Origin: Elusimicrobiota bacterium
Lineage (GTDB): Bacteria; Elusimicrobiota; Endomicrobiia; Endomicrobiales; JBDRNC01
NCBI GenBank assembly: GCA_043811535.1
Contig: JBDRNC010000022.1
Coordinates: 1 to 44,059 of the forward strand
Direction of reading: 5' to 3'
DNA length: 44,059 bases
Made by a program: the position numbers and the translations under genes. Positions 1 through 8,804 of this stretch are shown here, piece after piece; the first letter of the stretch is position 1; every line of letters begins with the position of its first letter. Under the pieces are notes generated by a model. The model was not told the DNA's origin and made no database searches. It saw only the letters and a program-made list of their open reading frames with translations.

Positions 1-999
1 CCTGTTTTCTGGTACGTTCTCGCCGATGGGCTTCGTGAAGATCATCCTTCCCGAAGATGTCTGAAGAATGGAAGTGACCGTCACTTCCGCCCTTTTGCCT
101 ATAAAGCGCCTTCCTTCTTCAACGATGACCATTGTGCCGTCGTCAAGATAGCCGACGCCCTGGTGATGTTCCTTGCCTTCCTTGACGACGAATATCGGCA
201 TAGTCTCGCCGGGAAGGTACACCGGTTTAAGAGCGTTTGACAGGTCGTTGATATTGAGGACAGTGACGCCCTGGAGCGACGCGACCTTGTTAAGGTTGAA
301 ATCGGTTGTCAGTATTTTGGCGGTAAGGTCCTTCGCGAGCTGGAGCAGCTTGCCGTCGGTGCTGTGGATTTCCGAGTAATCCTTGTCGAATATCTTGATT
401 GTGACGCTTTCGTCTTTCTGCAGCTGCGCGACGATATCCAGCCCGCGGCGCGCGCGGTTGCGCTTGTGCGCGTCGGACGAATCGGCCAGCGATTGGAGTT
501 CCTCAAGGACGAAACGCGGCACTACAAACGTGCCGGGAATGAATTTGGTCGCCGTGATGTCCGAGATGCGGCCGTCGATGATCGCGCTTGTGTCCAGCAC
601 CACGATATTGTCGGCGGGCCTGCGCTGTCCCCGGCGCAGTATGTCCTTGTCCAGCAGGTCGAGTTCGGATTTTTTCCTGACGGCGATTACGAGCCCGAGG
701 TAACCGAAGACCACGTTGATCAGGAGCGAGTAATCCTTTATTAATTCATAAATCCTGGGGTTGTCCATGATATAGATCGTGTAATCAAGGACCTTTGCCC
801 CTATCAAACCGAGTATTGTGCCGATGATGGCGACAATGAGCGTGTCAAGCGGAACTCTCTGAATGACTATTTCTGCGCCGATGACTATGAGCGCCACGAA
901 AACGCCGATAAGTATGCCCTGGGAGTTGTGCGAAATCTGCGTGTAGCTGATAACGGGCCCTGCGATAATTACTAAGATCCTGAAAAACCAGATTAACAA
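1..999 (-). CDS. PIN/TRAM-domain membrane protein (YacL family), 3' end runs off the window
   Basis: Not in the ORF track. Manual translation from TTG at 999 (SD AAGGAGG upstream) gives MLIWFFRILVIIAG, then several TM segments, the PIN motifs VLDTSAIIDGRI, VPRFVLEELQ and LTTDFNLNKVA, and TRAM GVGYLDDGTMVIVE...TSILQTSSGRMIF. Open to position 1. Confidence 0.9.
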   Translation of the reverse strand, partial: MLIWFFRILVIIAGPVISYTQISHNSQGILIGVFVALIVIGAEIVIQRVPLDTLIVAIIGTILGLIGAKVLDYTIYIMDNPRIYELIKDYSLLINVVFGYLGLVIAVRKKSELDLLDKDILRRGQRRPADNIVVLDTSAIIDGRISDITATKFIPGTFVVPRFVLEELQSLADSSDAHKRNRARRGLDIVAQLQKDESVTIKIFDKDYSEIHSTDGKLLQLAKDLTAKILTTDFNLNKVASLQGVTVLNINDLSNALKPVYLPGETMPIFVVKEGKEHHQGVGYLDDGTMVIVEEGRRFIGKRAEVTVTSILQTSSGRMIFTKPIGENVPENR

Positions 1000-1023
1000 G
1001 ATAAGCCTCCTTAATAAAAACAT

Positions 1024-1119
1024 TGAAAGATAAAAAGATTAGAAAGATTTCAAAAATTGAAGGTCAAAGATATTAAATAGTTAAGACCTAAATTTGTAAT
1101 CTTTCAATCTTGAAATCTT
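1024..1119. repeat. Inverted short-tandem array (AAAGATTg-like / cAATCTTT-like arms)
   Basis: aaagataaaaagattagaaagatttc ... taatctttcaatcttgaaatcttt. Confidence 0.6.
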
Positions 1120-1953
1120 TTAATTTTTGTTACTTAGCGCTTTCAGTAATGCTTTCCGCATAACGTGAACAGGGGCTGATTTACCGGTCCATAATTCGAA
1201 GGCAATCGCTCCCTGGTTGAGAAGCATACCCAGCCCGCCGCAGTGTTTCGCGCCGGCCTTGCCCGCTTCAACCAGCAGTTCAGTTTTGCGGTTGTACACT
1301 ACGTCATAAACGAAAATCTTTTTTCCGAGTTCTTTGCTGGTTGCCGGAGGCTTGCCTTTGCGCATCCCGGCCGGTGTCGCGTTTACGAGCAGGTCGGCCG
1401 ACTTTAATTTTTCTTTCCAGCCCCCAATCGGAACGAACTCGGCGTTTGAAAAACGTTTTGCGAGCGTTTCGGCTCTTCTGCGGTCGATGTCCGTGATGAA
1501 AATCTTTTTCGCCTTTGCCCAGCTCAAAACCGCCGCGACCGCTTTTCCCGCGCCGCCCGCCCCGAAAAGCACCGCGGTCCTGCCTTTCGGCTTGAAACCG
1601 TGTCCTGCCAGGTCTTTGAGAAAACCTGCTCCGTCCGTGTTGTAGCCCGTCAGCGTCCCGTTGTTGTTGACTACGGTGTTGACGCTCCCTATCCTTTTTG
1701 CGAGCGGATCGATCCTATCAATGAATCTGGCGATATTTTCCTTGTGTGGTATCGTGATATTGACGCCCCGCAGGCCCAAAATCCTTACGGCATCCGCCGC
1801 GGCTTCCAGCTTGTCCGGGTTCACCTCGAACGGCAGGTAGACAAACCCGAGCTTCAGCGCCCGGAATCCGGCGTTATGCATAGCCGGAGAAAGCGTGTGC
1901 CTGACCGGCCAGCCGAACAATCCCGTAATTTTTAATGAGCTGTCTATTTTCAT
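1120..1953 (-). CDS. aroE: Shikimate dehydrogenase
   Basis: G.PV.HTLSPAMHN, G.NITIPHKE, GSVNTV, GYNTDGAG, GAGGAG, LVNATPAGM, YDVVY, GLGMLLNQGA. Confidence 0.95.
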   Translation of the reverse strand: MKIDSSLKITGLFGWPVRHTLSPAMHNAGFRALKLGFVYLPFEVNPDKLEAAADAVRILGLRGVNITIPHKENIARFIDRIDPLAKRIGSVNTVVNNNGTLTGYNTDGAGFLKDLAGHGFKPKGRTAVLFGAGGAGKAVAAVLSWAKAKKIFITDIDRRRAETLAKRFSNAEFVPIGGWKEKLKSADLLVNATPAGMRKGKPPATSKELGKKIFVYDVVYNRKTELLVEAGKAGAKHCGGLGMLLNQGAIAFELWTGKSAPVHVMRKALLKALSNKN

Positions 1954-2492
1954 TTCGTTTTTTTCGTGTTTTCGATTTTGTTGATTTCCTTCAATATCCT
2001 GGCGTCTTTCGGCCTGAGCTGCAGCAGCCTGAGCCAGTGTGTTTTTGCGTTTTGCGGGTCTCCGACCGCTTTGTAGGATCGCGCGATATGGTCCAGAGCG
2101 TTTTCATTTTCCGGATCCGACGCGAGTATTCTTGTGTATTTTTCAATGGCGTCGGCATAGTTTTCGCAGCAAAAGTCCTGCATCGCAAGATACATCGTGT
2201 ATTTATTCCGTTCAAGCACCCAGTTTTGCTTTCCCTGGGTCTCGGTGGTTTTTATAAGCGAAGTAACTCCTACGTAAAGCGCCAGCATGGACAGGCAGAA
2301 ACAGAAGATCGAAAGCTTTTTCCTCTGCATCAGTATAATCCTGTCGTTAAAAATACGGTCCCTTACCAGCCTGTTAAGGCTGAGCAATATGTTGGGAGTG
2401 AACAAAAGCACCCAGCCGAGTACGAAAAAAAAGAATCCTAATAGCAATTTTAAGGTCAGCATGCCGAGTAGTTTAGCAAAAAACGGGGGCAT
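1950..2492 (-). CDS. Membrane protein with C-terminal TPR-like repeats
   Basis: Two hydrophobic segments, then YADAIEKYTRILASDPENENAL...W.RLLQLRP (TPR pattern). Overlaps the aroE start by 4 nt. Confidence 0.7.
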   Translation of the reverse strand: MPPFFAKLLGMLTLKLLLGFFFFVLGWVLLFTPNILLSLNRLVRDRIFNDRIILMQRKKLSIFCFCLSMLALYVGVTSLIKTTETQGKQNWVLERNKYTMYLAMQDFCCENYADAIEKYTRILASDPENENALDHIARSYKAVGDPQNAKTHWLRLLQLRPKDARILKEINKIENTKKTK

Positions 2493-2509
2493 GTGTCAAT
2501 GAAACGGCC

Positions 2510-2594
2510 GTACCTCGTAGCTCGGGACTCGTGGCTCGCGGACTGAACGGCCAGGAACCGTAAACACCTTGAACGAGATACTAGATACGAGATA
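2510..2594. repeat. Inverted heptamer array (CTCGtan / ACGAGAT arms)
   Basis: ctcgtagctcgggactcgtggctcg ... cgagatactagatacgagatac; same family as 6723-6829 and 41422-41495. Confidence 0.65.
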
Positions 2595-2648
2595 CTCCAT
2601 CCCGATTCTCGGGATGCCGCCTATATGCAATTACTGAAGGTGCGTCAC

Positions 2649-2677
2649 TTGACAAAATGGCGTTTTTGTGATAAAAA
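2649..2677 (+). promoter_or_regulatory. Putative sigma70 promoter
   Basis: TTGACA at 2649-2654, then TG-A-TAAAAA about 17 nt downstream; -10 is imperfect. Confidence 0.45.
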
Positions 2678-2710
2678 TCAACATATATTTGTTTTTGAAA
2701 GGAATATACC

Positions 2711-2998
2711 ATGGACACAAAAGAAATCAAGATTGGAGACAAAATCGTACAGGGTTATGAAATAAAAATGCCTAATGCCATGCTCGTTCTGGCGATAGCC
2801 GCTAAAGGATACGTTATTTGTGGCTACCTCAATATGGAAACAGCCGATAAACTAGGGGATTGCGCGGCTGTCGTTACCGGCGTCAGTTCAATCGACGAAT
2901 TGCTTTCAAAAAATGTTGTAAAAGTAAGCGCTTCCGCGAAAGTTAAGGGCATAGAACCCGGTATGTCAGGTTTATCGGCCCTTTCCAAAATGTTCTGA
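2711..2998 (+). CDS. YunC / DUF1805 family protein
   Basis: 95 aa with KGYVICGYLN, AA.VTGV.SIDELL and GIEPGMSG..AL pattern. Confidence 0.8.
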   Translation: MDTKEIKIGDKIVQGYEIKMPNAMLVLAIAAKGYVICGYLNMETADKLGDCAAVVTGVSSIDELLSKNVVKVSASAKVKGIEPGMSGLSALSKMF

Positions 2999-3150
2999 AT
3001 ATATCCATTCGCCGCCAACCGCTGAGATTTCTCTTGATTTTTTGATAAAAGGTTGCTAAAATTAAATGTAATTTGAGATATGGTTGAAATACCATCTCAA
3101 GGGTTATATACCCACAAAGATGCGTAACGTCTTGTGAAAGGAGTATTACT

Positions 3151-3909
3151 TTGTCCAAACGCAAACCATTGATGGCTGGCAACTGGAAGATGTACAAAGC
3201 CGTACCCGAGGCCCTGAACCTTATCAACGGCCTCAAGCAAAACCTCTCCGATGTTAAGGACCGTGAAATACTGGCATGCGTTCCGTTTACCGACATCCCT
3301 GCCGCAGTCGAGGCTTCAAAAAACTCAAACATCAATATCGGCGCCCAAAATATGCACTGGGAACAGAAAGGCGCTTTCACGGGGGAGATTTCTCCCGTGA
3401 TGCTGGCGGATGCCGGGATAAAATACGTGGTCATAGGCCATTCCGAAAGGCGCCAGTACTTTGGGGAAACGGACGAAACGGTAAACAAAAAAATGAAATC
3501 GGCATTCCAGCACGGGCTGGTGCCTATCGTCTGCATCGGCGAAACCCTGAAGGAACGGGAAGAAAACGTGACGATGCAGGTTATCGACAAGCAGGTGAAA
3601 AACGGAATCAGCGGGCTTTCCCCGGACCAGGCAAAGGTTCTCGTGATAGCGTATGAACCTGTTTGGGCCATCGGCACGGGAAAGACGGCCACGCCGCAGC
3701 AGGCGGAGGAAGTGCACGCCTATATCAGGAAAATCTACGGCCAGATGTACGGAGCCGAAACGGCCGGCGAGATAAGGATCCTCTACGGGGGGTCAATGAA
3801 GCCCGACAATGTATCGGAACTGATGAAACAGCCGAACATCGACGGCGGGCTTGTGGGCGGCGCAAGCCTTGAAGTGGATTCCTTCACGAAAATCGTAAAA
3901 TATATATAA
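3151..3909 (+). CDS. tpiA: Triosephosphate isomerase
   Basis: AGNWKM, GAFTGEIS, IGHSERR, AYEPVWAIGTG, LYGGS, DGGLVGGASL; TTG start with SD AAGGAG. Confidence 0.97.
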   Translation: MSKRKPLMAGNWKMYKAVPEALNLINGLKQNLSDVKDREILACVPFTDIPAAVEASKNSNINIGAQNMHWEQKGAFTGEISPVMLADAGIKYVVIGHSERRQYFGETDETVNKKMKSAFQHGLVPIVCIGETLKEREENVTMQVIDKQVKNGISGLSPDQAKVLVIAYEPVWAIGTGKTATPQQAEEVHAYIRKIYGQMYGAETAGEIRILYGGSMKPDNVSELMKQPNIDGGLVGGASLEVDSFTKIVKYI

Positions 3910-3912
3910 AGA

Positions 3913-3982
3913 CATGGCTAAATGGCTGTATGGCTAAATTGTTAACGATGTAAACCATTTGACCATATAGCAATTAAGCCAT
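3913..3982. repeat. Inverted 9-mer array (ATGGCTAAA / TTTAGCCAT-like)
   Basis: atggctaaatggctgtatggctaaattg ... ccatttgaccatatagcaattaagccat. Confidence 0.65.
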
Positions 3983-4024
3983 TTGATGCAGGTATTGCAT
4001 ATCATAATAGAATCAGGAGAAGAT

Positions 4025-4618
4025 ATGACCGATTATTCGGCGAACAGAAAAAACAAACCTATTATCGTAAACATTTCAAACAGGCATTGCCACCTTCATC
4101 AGGACGACATGGAAAAACTGTTCGGCAAGGGACACAAGCTGACAAAGACAAAAGACCTGATGCAGCCCGGGGAACACGCGTGCCAGGAGACCGTGGCGAT
4201 AACAGGCAGTAAAGGGGATATACCGAACGTCAGGGTGCTGGGTCCTTTGAGAAAAGCCACCCAGGTTGAAATTTCCATGACGGACAGCATACATATAGGA
4301 GCCGGCGCGCCCGTAAGAACTTCCGGAGATATCGCGGGCTCGGCGGCGGTAAAAATAACCGGCCCTGCCGGCAGCGTGGAATTGAAAGAGGGATGCATCG
4401 TCGCGAAAAGACATGTCCACATGACGCCTGCAGACGCGGAGTTTTTCGGGATCAAGGATAAAGACAATATCCGGATAAAGATAGAAGGCGAGAGAGGCCT
4501 TATTTTCGACAACGTTACCGCGCGCGTGAGCCCGAACATGACGCTTGAATGCCATCTGGACATCGACGAGGCCAACGCGGCGGGAGCGAAAAACGGAAAC
4601 CAGGCATTCATACTTTGA
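4025..4618 (+). CDS. pduL: PduL-family phosphate acyltransferase (phosphotransacylase)
   Basis: SNRHCHL, L.QPG, VRVLGPLR..TQVEIS.TD, R.SGDI.GS, IVAKRHVHM, HLDIDEANA; ATG 4025 follows SD CAGGAG. Confidence 0.92.
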   Translation: MTDYSANRKNKPIIVNISNRHCHLHQDDMEKLFGKGHKLTKTKDLMQPGEHACQETVAITGSKGDIPNVRVLGPLRKATQVEISMTDSIHIGAGAPVRTSGDIAGSAAVKITGPAGSVELKEGCIVAKRHVHMTPADAEFFGIKDKDNIRIKIEGERGLIFDNVTARVSPNMTLECHLDIDEANAAGAKNGNQAFIL

Positions 4619-4663
4619 GATTGTTGAAAAATCCCGGCAATACAAAGCTTGATCCGCCACGGC

Positions 4664-4907
4664 GGATTTCGCGATGAAACGATTTAGAAGAAACACTTAA
4701 TACCCTTCGGGCGACTTCCGCTCCATTCAATGAATGGAGCACCCTTTAGGGTGTATTTCACATAGGACAATTCAGAACAACGCCGTATGTGTTCAAGGGG
4801 CTCAATCCCGATTCGCTTTGTACCCTGGCGGGTACTTCAATTAATATAAATTAGGGTTGGTCGCTACTCGGGATTTCGCGATGAAACGATTTAGAAGAAA
4901 CACTTAA
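4664..4907. repeat. Exact 37-bp direct repeat pair (4664-4700, 4871-4907) around 170 bp of hairpin-rich DNA
   Basis: GGATTTCGCGATGAAACGATTTAGAAGAAACACTTAA occurs twice. Confidence 0.95.
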
Positions 4908-4917
4908 GGTGCTCAAA

Positions 4918-5295
4918 ATGATGATGAAAGGCGAAGAACGGCGCAAGCACATCAGGATCTTCCTTCCCGGAGGACAGGTCAGGCTTGTGTCGGGCCCTCT
5001 GCTGGCTCTTATCGGGAAAGTGATCAACATTTCTATCGGCGGCATCAAATTTTCATGCGAATCCGAAGTGAATGTCGGAGACTCGTTCGACCTTGAGATC
5101 ACCCTGCCTAACTCGTTGAAATTCAAATGCACGGCGAAAATCGTCTATGTTGAAACAATTGAAAACAATGAAAACCAGGTCGTATGCGGCGCGCAGTTCG
5201 TGAACTTAAGCACAAGGGAACAGATTGACCTCGGCGAGTTTATCCTCAAGATGCGCGCCGAGCAGGATAATATTCTGAAGAATGAGTTAAATTAG
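4918..5295 (+). CDS. Stand-alone PilZ-domain protein (c-di-GMP receptor candidate)
   Basis: ERRKHIR (RxxxR), NISIGG (D/NxSxxG) and CGAQF; start could be any of 4909-4924. Confidence 0.85.
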   Translation: MMMKGEERRKHIRIFLPGGQVRLVSGPLLALIGKVINISIGGIKFSCESEVNVGDSFDLEITLPNSLKFKCTAKIVYVETIENNENQVVCGAQFVNLSTREQIDLGEFILKMRAEQDNILKNELN

Positions 5296-5312
5296 TAGTC
5301 TATAGGGGATTT

Positions 5313-5395
5313 ATCCCGTTAGATCTCTTTCAGGCCCTACGGGACAGTAAAACAGAAAATTCTTTATAATAGATGACTAGGAGATCTAACGGGAT
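5313..5395. repeat. MITE-like element with 15-bp perfect inverted termini
   Basis: ATCCCGTTAGATCTC (5313-5327) ... GAGATCTAACGGGAT (5381-5395). Confidence 0.8.
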
Positions 5396-5846
5396 GAAAA
5401 TAGCGTTCGGATGCGACCACGCGGCGTTTAAGATTAAAGATCAGGTCATTGAGCACCTGAAAAAACAGGGCCATGAGACTGTCGATTTCGGATGCGGCAG
5501 CGCAGAAAGCTGTGATTATCCCGATTTCGGGATTCCCTCGGCGCGTGCCGTGTCAAAGGGCGAATGCGCCCGCGGTATTCTGATATGCGGGACTGGAATA
5601 GGCATGTCGATGCTCGCGAACAAGATTCCGGGGATACGCGCGGCCGTGTGCTGGAACGAGGATGTGGCAAAGCTTACCGCCGACCATAACAATGCGAACG
5701 TGCTTTGCCTGGCGGCGCGGTTCATGACGGCTGAGCAGATGGGAAAATGCATAGATATTTGGCTGAATACTGTTTTTGGCGGAGAACCCAGGCACCAGAA
5801 AAGAATAGACAAGATAATGTCGCTGGAAAAGGACTGGAAAAAATAA
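5394..5846 (+). CDS. rpiB: Ribose-5-phosphate isomerase B
   Basis: GCDHAAF, DYPDF, GILICGTGIGMS..ANK..GIRAA, HNNANVL, RH..RI. Confidence 0.95.
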   Translation: MKIAFGCDHAAFKIKDQVIEHLKKQGHETVDFGCGSAESCDYPDFGIPSARAVSKGECARGILICGTGIGMSMLANKIPGIRAAVCWNEDVAKLTADHNNANVLCLAARFMTAEQMGKCIDIWLNTVFGGEPRHQKRIDKIMSLEKDWKK

Positions 5847-5926
5847 AATGGACCTCTTCGGGAACCGGATAATAGCCGTCAACTGCGCCGCAGGTTATCT
5901 CGTGAGTTTGCGGCCGTCGGGACGAT

Positions 5927-6000
5927 GACTCCGCCTGCGCGGAATGCAGGTTTTCTCAGAACGGATTAAATAATGCTAGATTCCGCTGCGGCGCGGAGTC
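5927..6000. repeat. Imperfect inverted repeat made of two small hairpins (REP-like)
   Basis: GACTCCGCCTGCGCGGAAT ... ATTCCGCTGCGGCGCGGAGTC. Confidence 0.55.
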
Positions 6001-6009
6001 CTCCGAAGG

Positions 6010-6741
6010 ATGGAGTTTTCAGCTCCGATAAAACAAAGGATAAATTTCATATACGTGAATTCATGGAGCTTCAAGAATTTGGCCGGTTTTATTGACCATA
6101 CCCTGCTGCGCGCGGACGCGGCGAAACGGGAAATATCCCTTTTGTGCAAAGAGGCGGGAAAATACGGTTTTAAGACGGTCTGCGTCGCGCCTTGCCGCGT
6201 CGGCTTATGCAAAAAGCTGTTGAAAGGCTCCGGAGTAAAGGTCTGCGCCGTTATCGGATTCCCGCTGGGCTCCTCAACGACTGAAACAAAGGCTTTTGAA
6301 GCGCGGGACGCGGTCAGAAACGGAGCGGACGAGATAGACATGGTTGCCAATATAGGCGCGCTGAAATCCGGCGATCTTGCCTGTGTCCTGCGGGATGTGA
6401 AGGAAGTAAGAAAAGCCATTCGGAATAAAATACTTAAACTAATCATTGAGACGTGTTGCCTGACCCGCCGCGAAAAGGTATTGATGTGCCGCGTTGCGAA
6501 AAGAGCGGAAGTTGATTTTGTAAAGACAAGCACCGGGTTCGGCCCGAAAGGCGCGGTTGCTGCAGATGTAAGGCTGATAAGGAAAATCCTGAGAGGTTCT
6601 ATCGGCGTCAAAGCGTCGGGCGGTATAAAGACATACTCCGATTTCAAAAAGATGATAAAAGCAGGGGCAGACAGGATTGGAACGTCGGCATCGGTTAAGA
6701 TAATGAAAGAAGTATTAAAGACCGTATCTCGTCGTTCGTAG
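6010..6741 (+). CDS. deoC: Deoxyribose-phosphate aldolase
   Basis: IDHTLL, VIGFPLG, GADEIDMV, KLIIETC, FVKTSTGF, VKASGGI, GADRIGTS; true start may be GTG 6055. Confidence 0.95.
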   Translation: MEFSAPIKQRINFIYVNSWSFKNLAGFIDHTLLRADAAKREISLLCKEAGKYGFKTVCVAPCRVGLCKKLLKGSGVKVCAVIGFPLGSSTTETKAFEARDAVRNGADEIDMVANIGALKSGDLACVLRDVKEVRKAIRNKILKLIIETCCLTRREKVLMCRVAKRAEVDFVKTSTGFGPKGAVAADVRLIRKILRGSIGVKASGGIKTYSDFKKMIKAGADRIGTSASVKIMKEVLKTVSRRS

Positions 6742-6829
6742 TTCGTATCTTGTAATGACGAAAGACATAAAATCAAATTTTATTGCCTTTAACCTTGAAC
6801 GGAATACGGAATACGATCTACTGAATACG
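6723..6829. repeat. Inverted heptamer array overlapping the deoC stop
   Basis: cgtatctcgtcgttcgtagttcgtat ... acggaatacggaatacgatctactgaatacg. Confidence 0.65.
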
Positions 6830-6849
6830 GGTTTTATAAGGGGTTGCAA

Positions 6850-7923
6850 ATGAACATTAACGAACTTCTGCAGTTGATGATCAAGAAAGGGATTTCTGAC
6901 ATTCATTTTAAAGTGGGCTCGGCGCCGCTTATCCGTGTGAACGGGAAACTGGTTTCCACGGGTTTCGACCAGTTCACGCCGAAACATATTGAAGATCTTG
7001 CCGGTTCGCTCATGTCGCCCGAGCAGAAAAAACAGTTTGAGCAGGAAAATGAATTGGACATGGCGTACGCCATTGACGAACTTTCCAGGTTCAGGGTCAA
7101 CATATACCGCCAGAGGGGAACTCCGGCGCTAACGCTCAGAGTCGTTCCGCTGAAGGTAAAAACCTTTGAAGAGCTGAACCTTCCTGCCGAAACGCTGAAG
7201 AAGCTCGCTTCGGAAACCCGCGGGCTGATACTCATTACCGGCGTGACCGGCGCCGGCAAGACAACGACGATGAATTCAATGCTTGACTACATAAATGCGA
7301 ATTTTTCATATAACATCGTGACCGTTGAAGATCCGGTGGAATATTTTCATAAGGATAAGAAATCCTCAATTTCGCAGAGAGAGGTCGGGCTTGATACCAA
7401 ATCATATGTTAAAGCGCTCAAGTACATACTGCGGCAGGACCCCGATGTGATAGTTATCGGAGAGATGCGTGACTATGAGGCGATGGCCGCAGGAATAACT
7501 GCCGCCGAAACGGGCCACCTCGTGCTTTCCACGATTCATACGATGGACGCGGTCCAGACGATAGACAGGATAGTTGATTCATACCCGCCTCACCAGCAGG
7601 GTTCAATACGCGCGCAGCTCGCAAACGTCCTCAAAGGCATCGTCGCGCAAAGGCTTGTCAGAAGCAAGGACGGCGAATCACGGTATCCTGCCACGGAAAT
7701 ATTGATAGGCACTTCGCTCGTGAGAAAACTGGTCGCGGACGCGAAAATACCCGAAGTATACAAGATCATGGAGCAGGGTTCATATTACGGCATGCATACT
7801 TTTGACCAGAACCTGTTCGATTTTTACAAGGAAGACAAGATCACTCTTGAAGAGGCGCTTGACAAGTCAACCAACCCGGACGATCTGACGCTTAAGCTCA
7901 AGGGAATAGAAAGAGGGGAATAA
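6850..7923 (+). CDS. pilT: PilT/PilU-family type IV pilus retraction ATPase
   Basis: SDIHF, RFRVNIYRQRG, Walker A GVTGAGKTTT, TVEDPVEY, QREVG.DT, LRQDPDVIVIGEMRD, AETGHLVLSTIHT, GMHTFDQ; the AIRNLIRE motif has diverged to LVRKLVAD. Confidence 0.9.
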   Translation: MNINELLQLMIKKGISDIHFKVGSAPLIRVNGKLVSTGFDQFTPKHIEDLAGSLMSPEQKKQFEQENELDMAYAIDELSRFRVNIYRQRGTPALTLRVVPLKVKTFEELNLPAETLKKLASETRGLILITGVTGAGKTTTMNSMLDYINANFSYNIVTVEDPVEYFHKDKKSSISQREVGLDTKSYVKALKYILRQDPDVIVIGEMRDYEAMAAGITAAETGHLVLSTIHTMDAVQTIDRIVDSYPPHQQGSIRAQLANVLKGIVAQRLVRSKDGESRYPATEILIGTSLVRKLVADAKIPEVYKIMEQGSYYGMHTFDQNLFDFYKEDKITLEEALDKSTNPDDLTLKLKGIERGE

Positions 7924-7970
7924 ATACTGAGAAAAGAGAGTAAGAAAGCAAGAGAATAAGAAAAAAGCAT

Positions 7971-8678
7971 ATGGCTAAAGACGATAATGTAGGCGAAATC
8001 CTCATCGAATTAAACAAGACGCTTTCGAAACTTACCGGGAAACAGCTGAAGGTTGCCACGGTAGAGTTCAAGGCGCCGTCAAAGGAAGCTCTGGCGGCGG
8101 CGGCAAGGAAAGATACCGAAAAGCAGAAAAAAGAGGCTGAAGAAAAACAACAAGCCGAAGAGAAAAAACCGGAAGCCGCGCAGCCGGAGGCCGTGAAACC
8201 CGAGCCCGCGCCGCAGAAGATGCTCGATCCGCACGAAGAAAAGCAAAAGCCCGCCGCGGCTGAACCTGCAAAAGCGGCGGTTCCGCCGGCGAAGAAGGAA
8301 CCTGTCAAGGGCGACATTCCGGCCGGCGTCGACCCCGGTCAGGTTCTGAATATCCTGTGCTTTCATCCGGCCGGCTCGCCTGAACTTGTCGATGTGTTTT
8401 TTGCCAGTCTTGAAGACGTGCTGCATAAAACAACGAAAAAGAAGTTTTACCTGGTCAAACAGAGCGCCGAGGCCGTGGATTACGCGGCTAACGACCTGAA
8501 AACGGCAAGCATCATGTGCAAGGACATGAACGCGGACGCCGTGTTTTTTATATCGAAGGACCCGGTAGAGCTTGAATTCACGGGAACATACATCAAGAAT
8601 ATAACGGTTGAGCAGGTCAAGAAGAGGTTTTTTTACATCGATCTAGTCGTGGAACTTGTGCTCGCTAAGAAGAAATAA
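7971..8678 (+). CDS. Hypothetical protein: short N-terminal helix, Ala/Glu/Lys/Pro linker and C-terminal domain X shared with the downstream DnaA paralogue
   Basis: ORF track plus manual alignment of the C-terminal ~110 aa with the C-terminus of 8805-10700. Confidence 0.8.
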   Translation: MAKDDNVGEILIELNKTLSKLTGKQLKVATVEFKAPSKEALAAAARKDTEKQKKEAEEKQQAEEKKPEAAQPEAVKPEPAPQKMLDPHEEKQKPAAAEPAKAAVPPAKKEPVKGDIPAGVDPGQVLNILCFHPAGSPELVDVFFASLEDVLHKTTKKKFYLVKQSAEAVDYAANDLKTASIMCKDMNADAVFFISKDPVELEFTGTYIKNITVEQVKKRFFYIDLVVELVLAKKK

Positions 8679-8702
8679 TATAGGTTTTTAAACCCTATAT
8701 TT

Positions 8703-8789
8703 GATTACACGGTTTTACTGCGGATTACACAGACTAAAACTTAAGGTCACATACGTAATCTGTGTAATCGTCTTCGATAATCTGTGCAA
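8703..8789. repeat. Inverted repeat array (GATTACAC / GTGTAATC)
   Basis: gattacacgg..ggattacacag ... gtaatctgtgtaatc..taatctgtg. Confidence 0.65.
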
Positions 8790-8804
8790 CCATTAAGGAA
8801 TATT

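Noticed and set aside
173..744. Plus-strand ORFs 173-379, 364-744 and 383-703
   Set aside because: Antisense shadows of the minus-strand PIN/TRAM gene.
4701..4870. c-di-GMP riboswitch upstream of PilZ
   Set aside because: I could not match the GEMM-I or c-di-GMP-II consensus by eye; an Rfam scan would settle it.
4664..4907. CRISPR array (37-bp repeat)
   Set aside because: Only two copies, a 170-bp gap far longer than a spacer, and no cas genes in the window.
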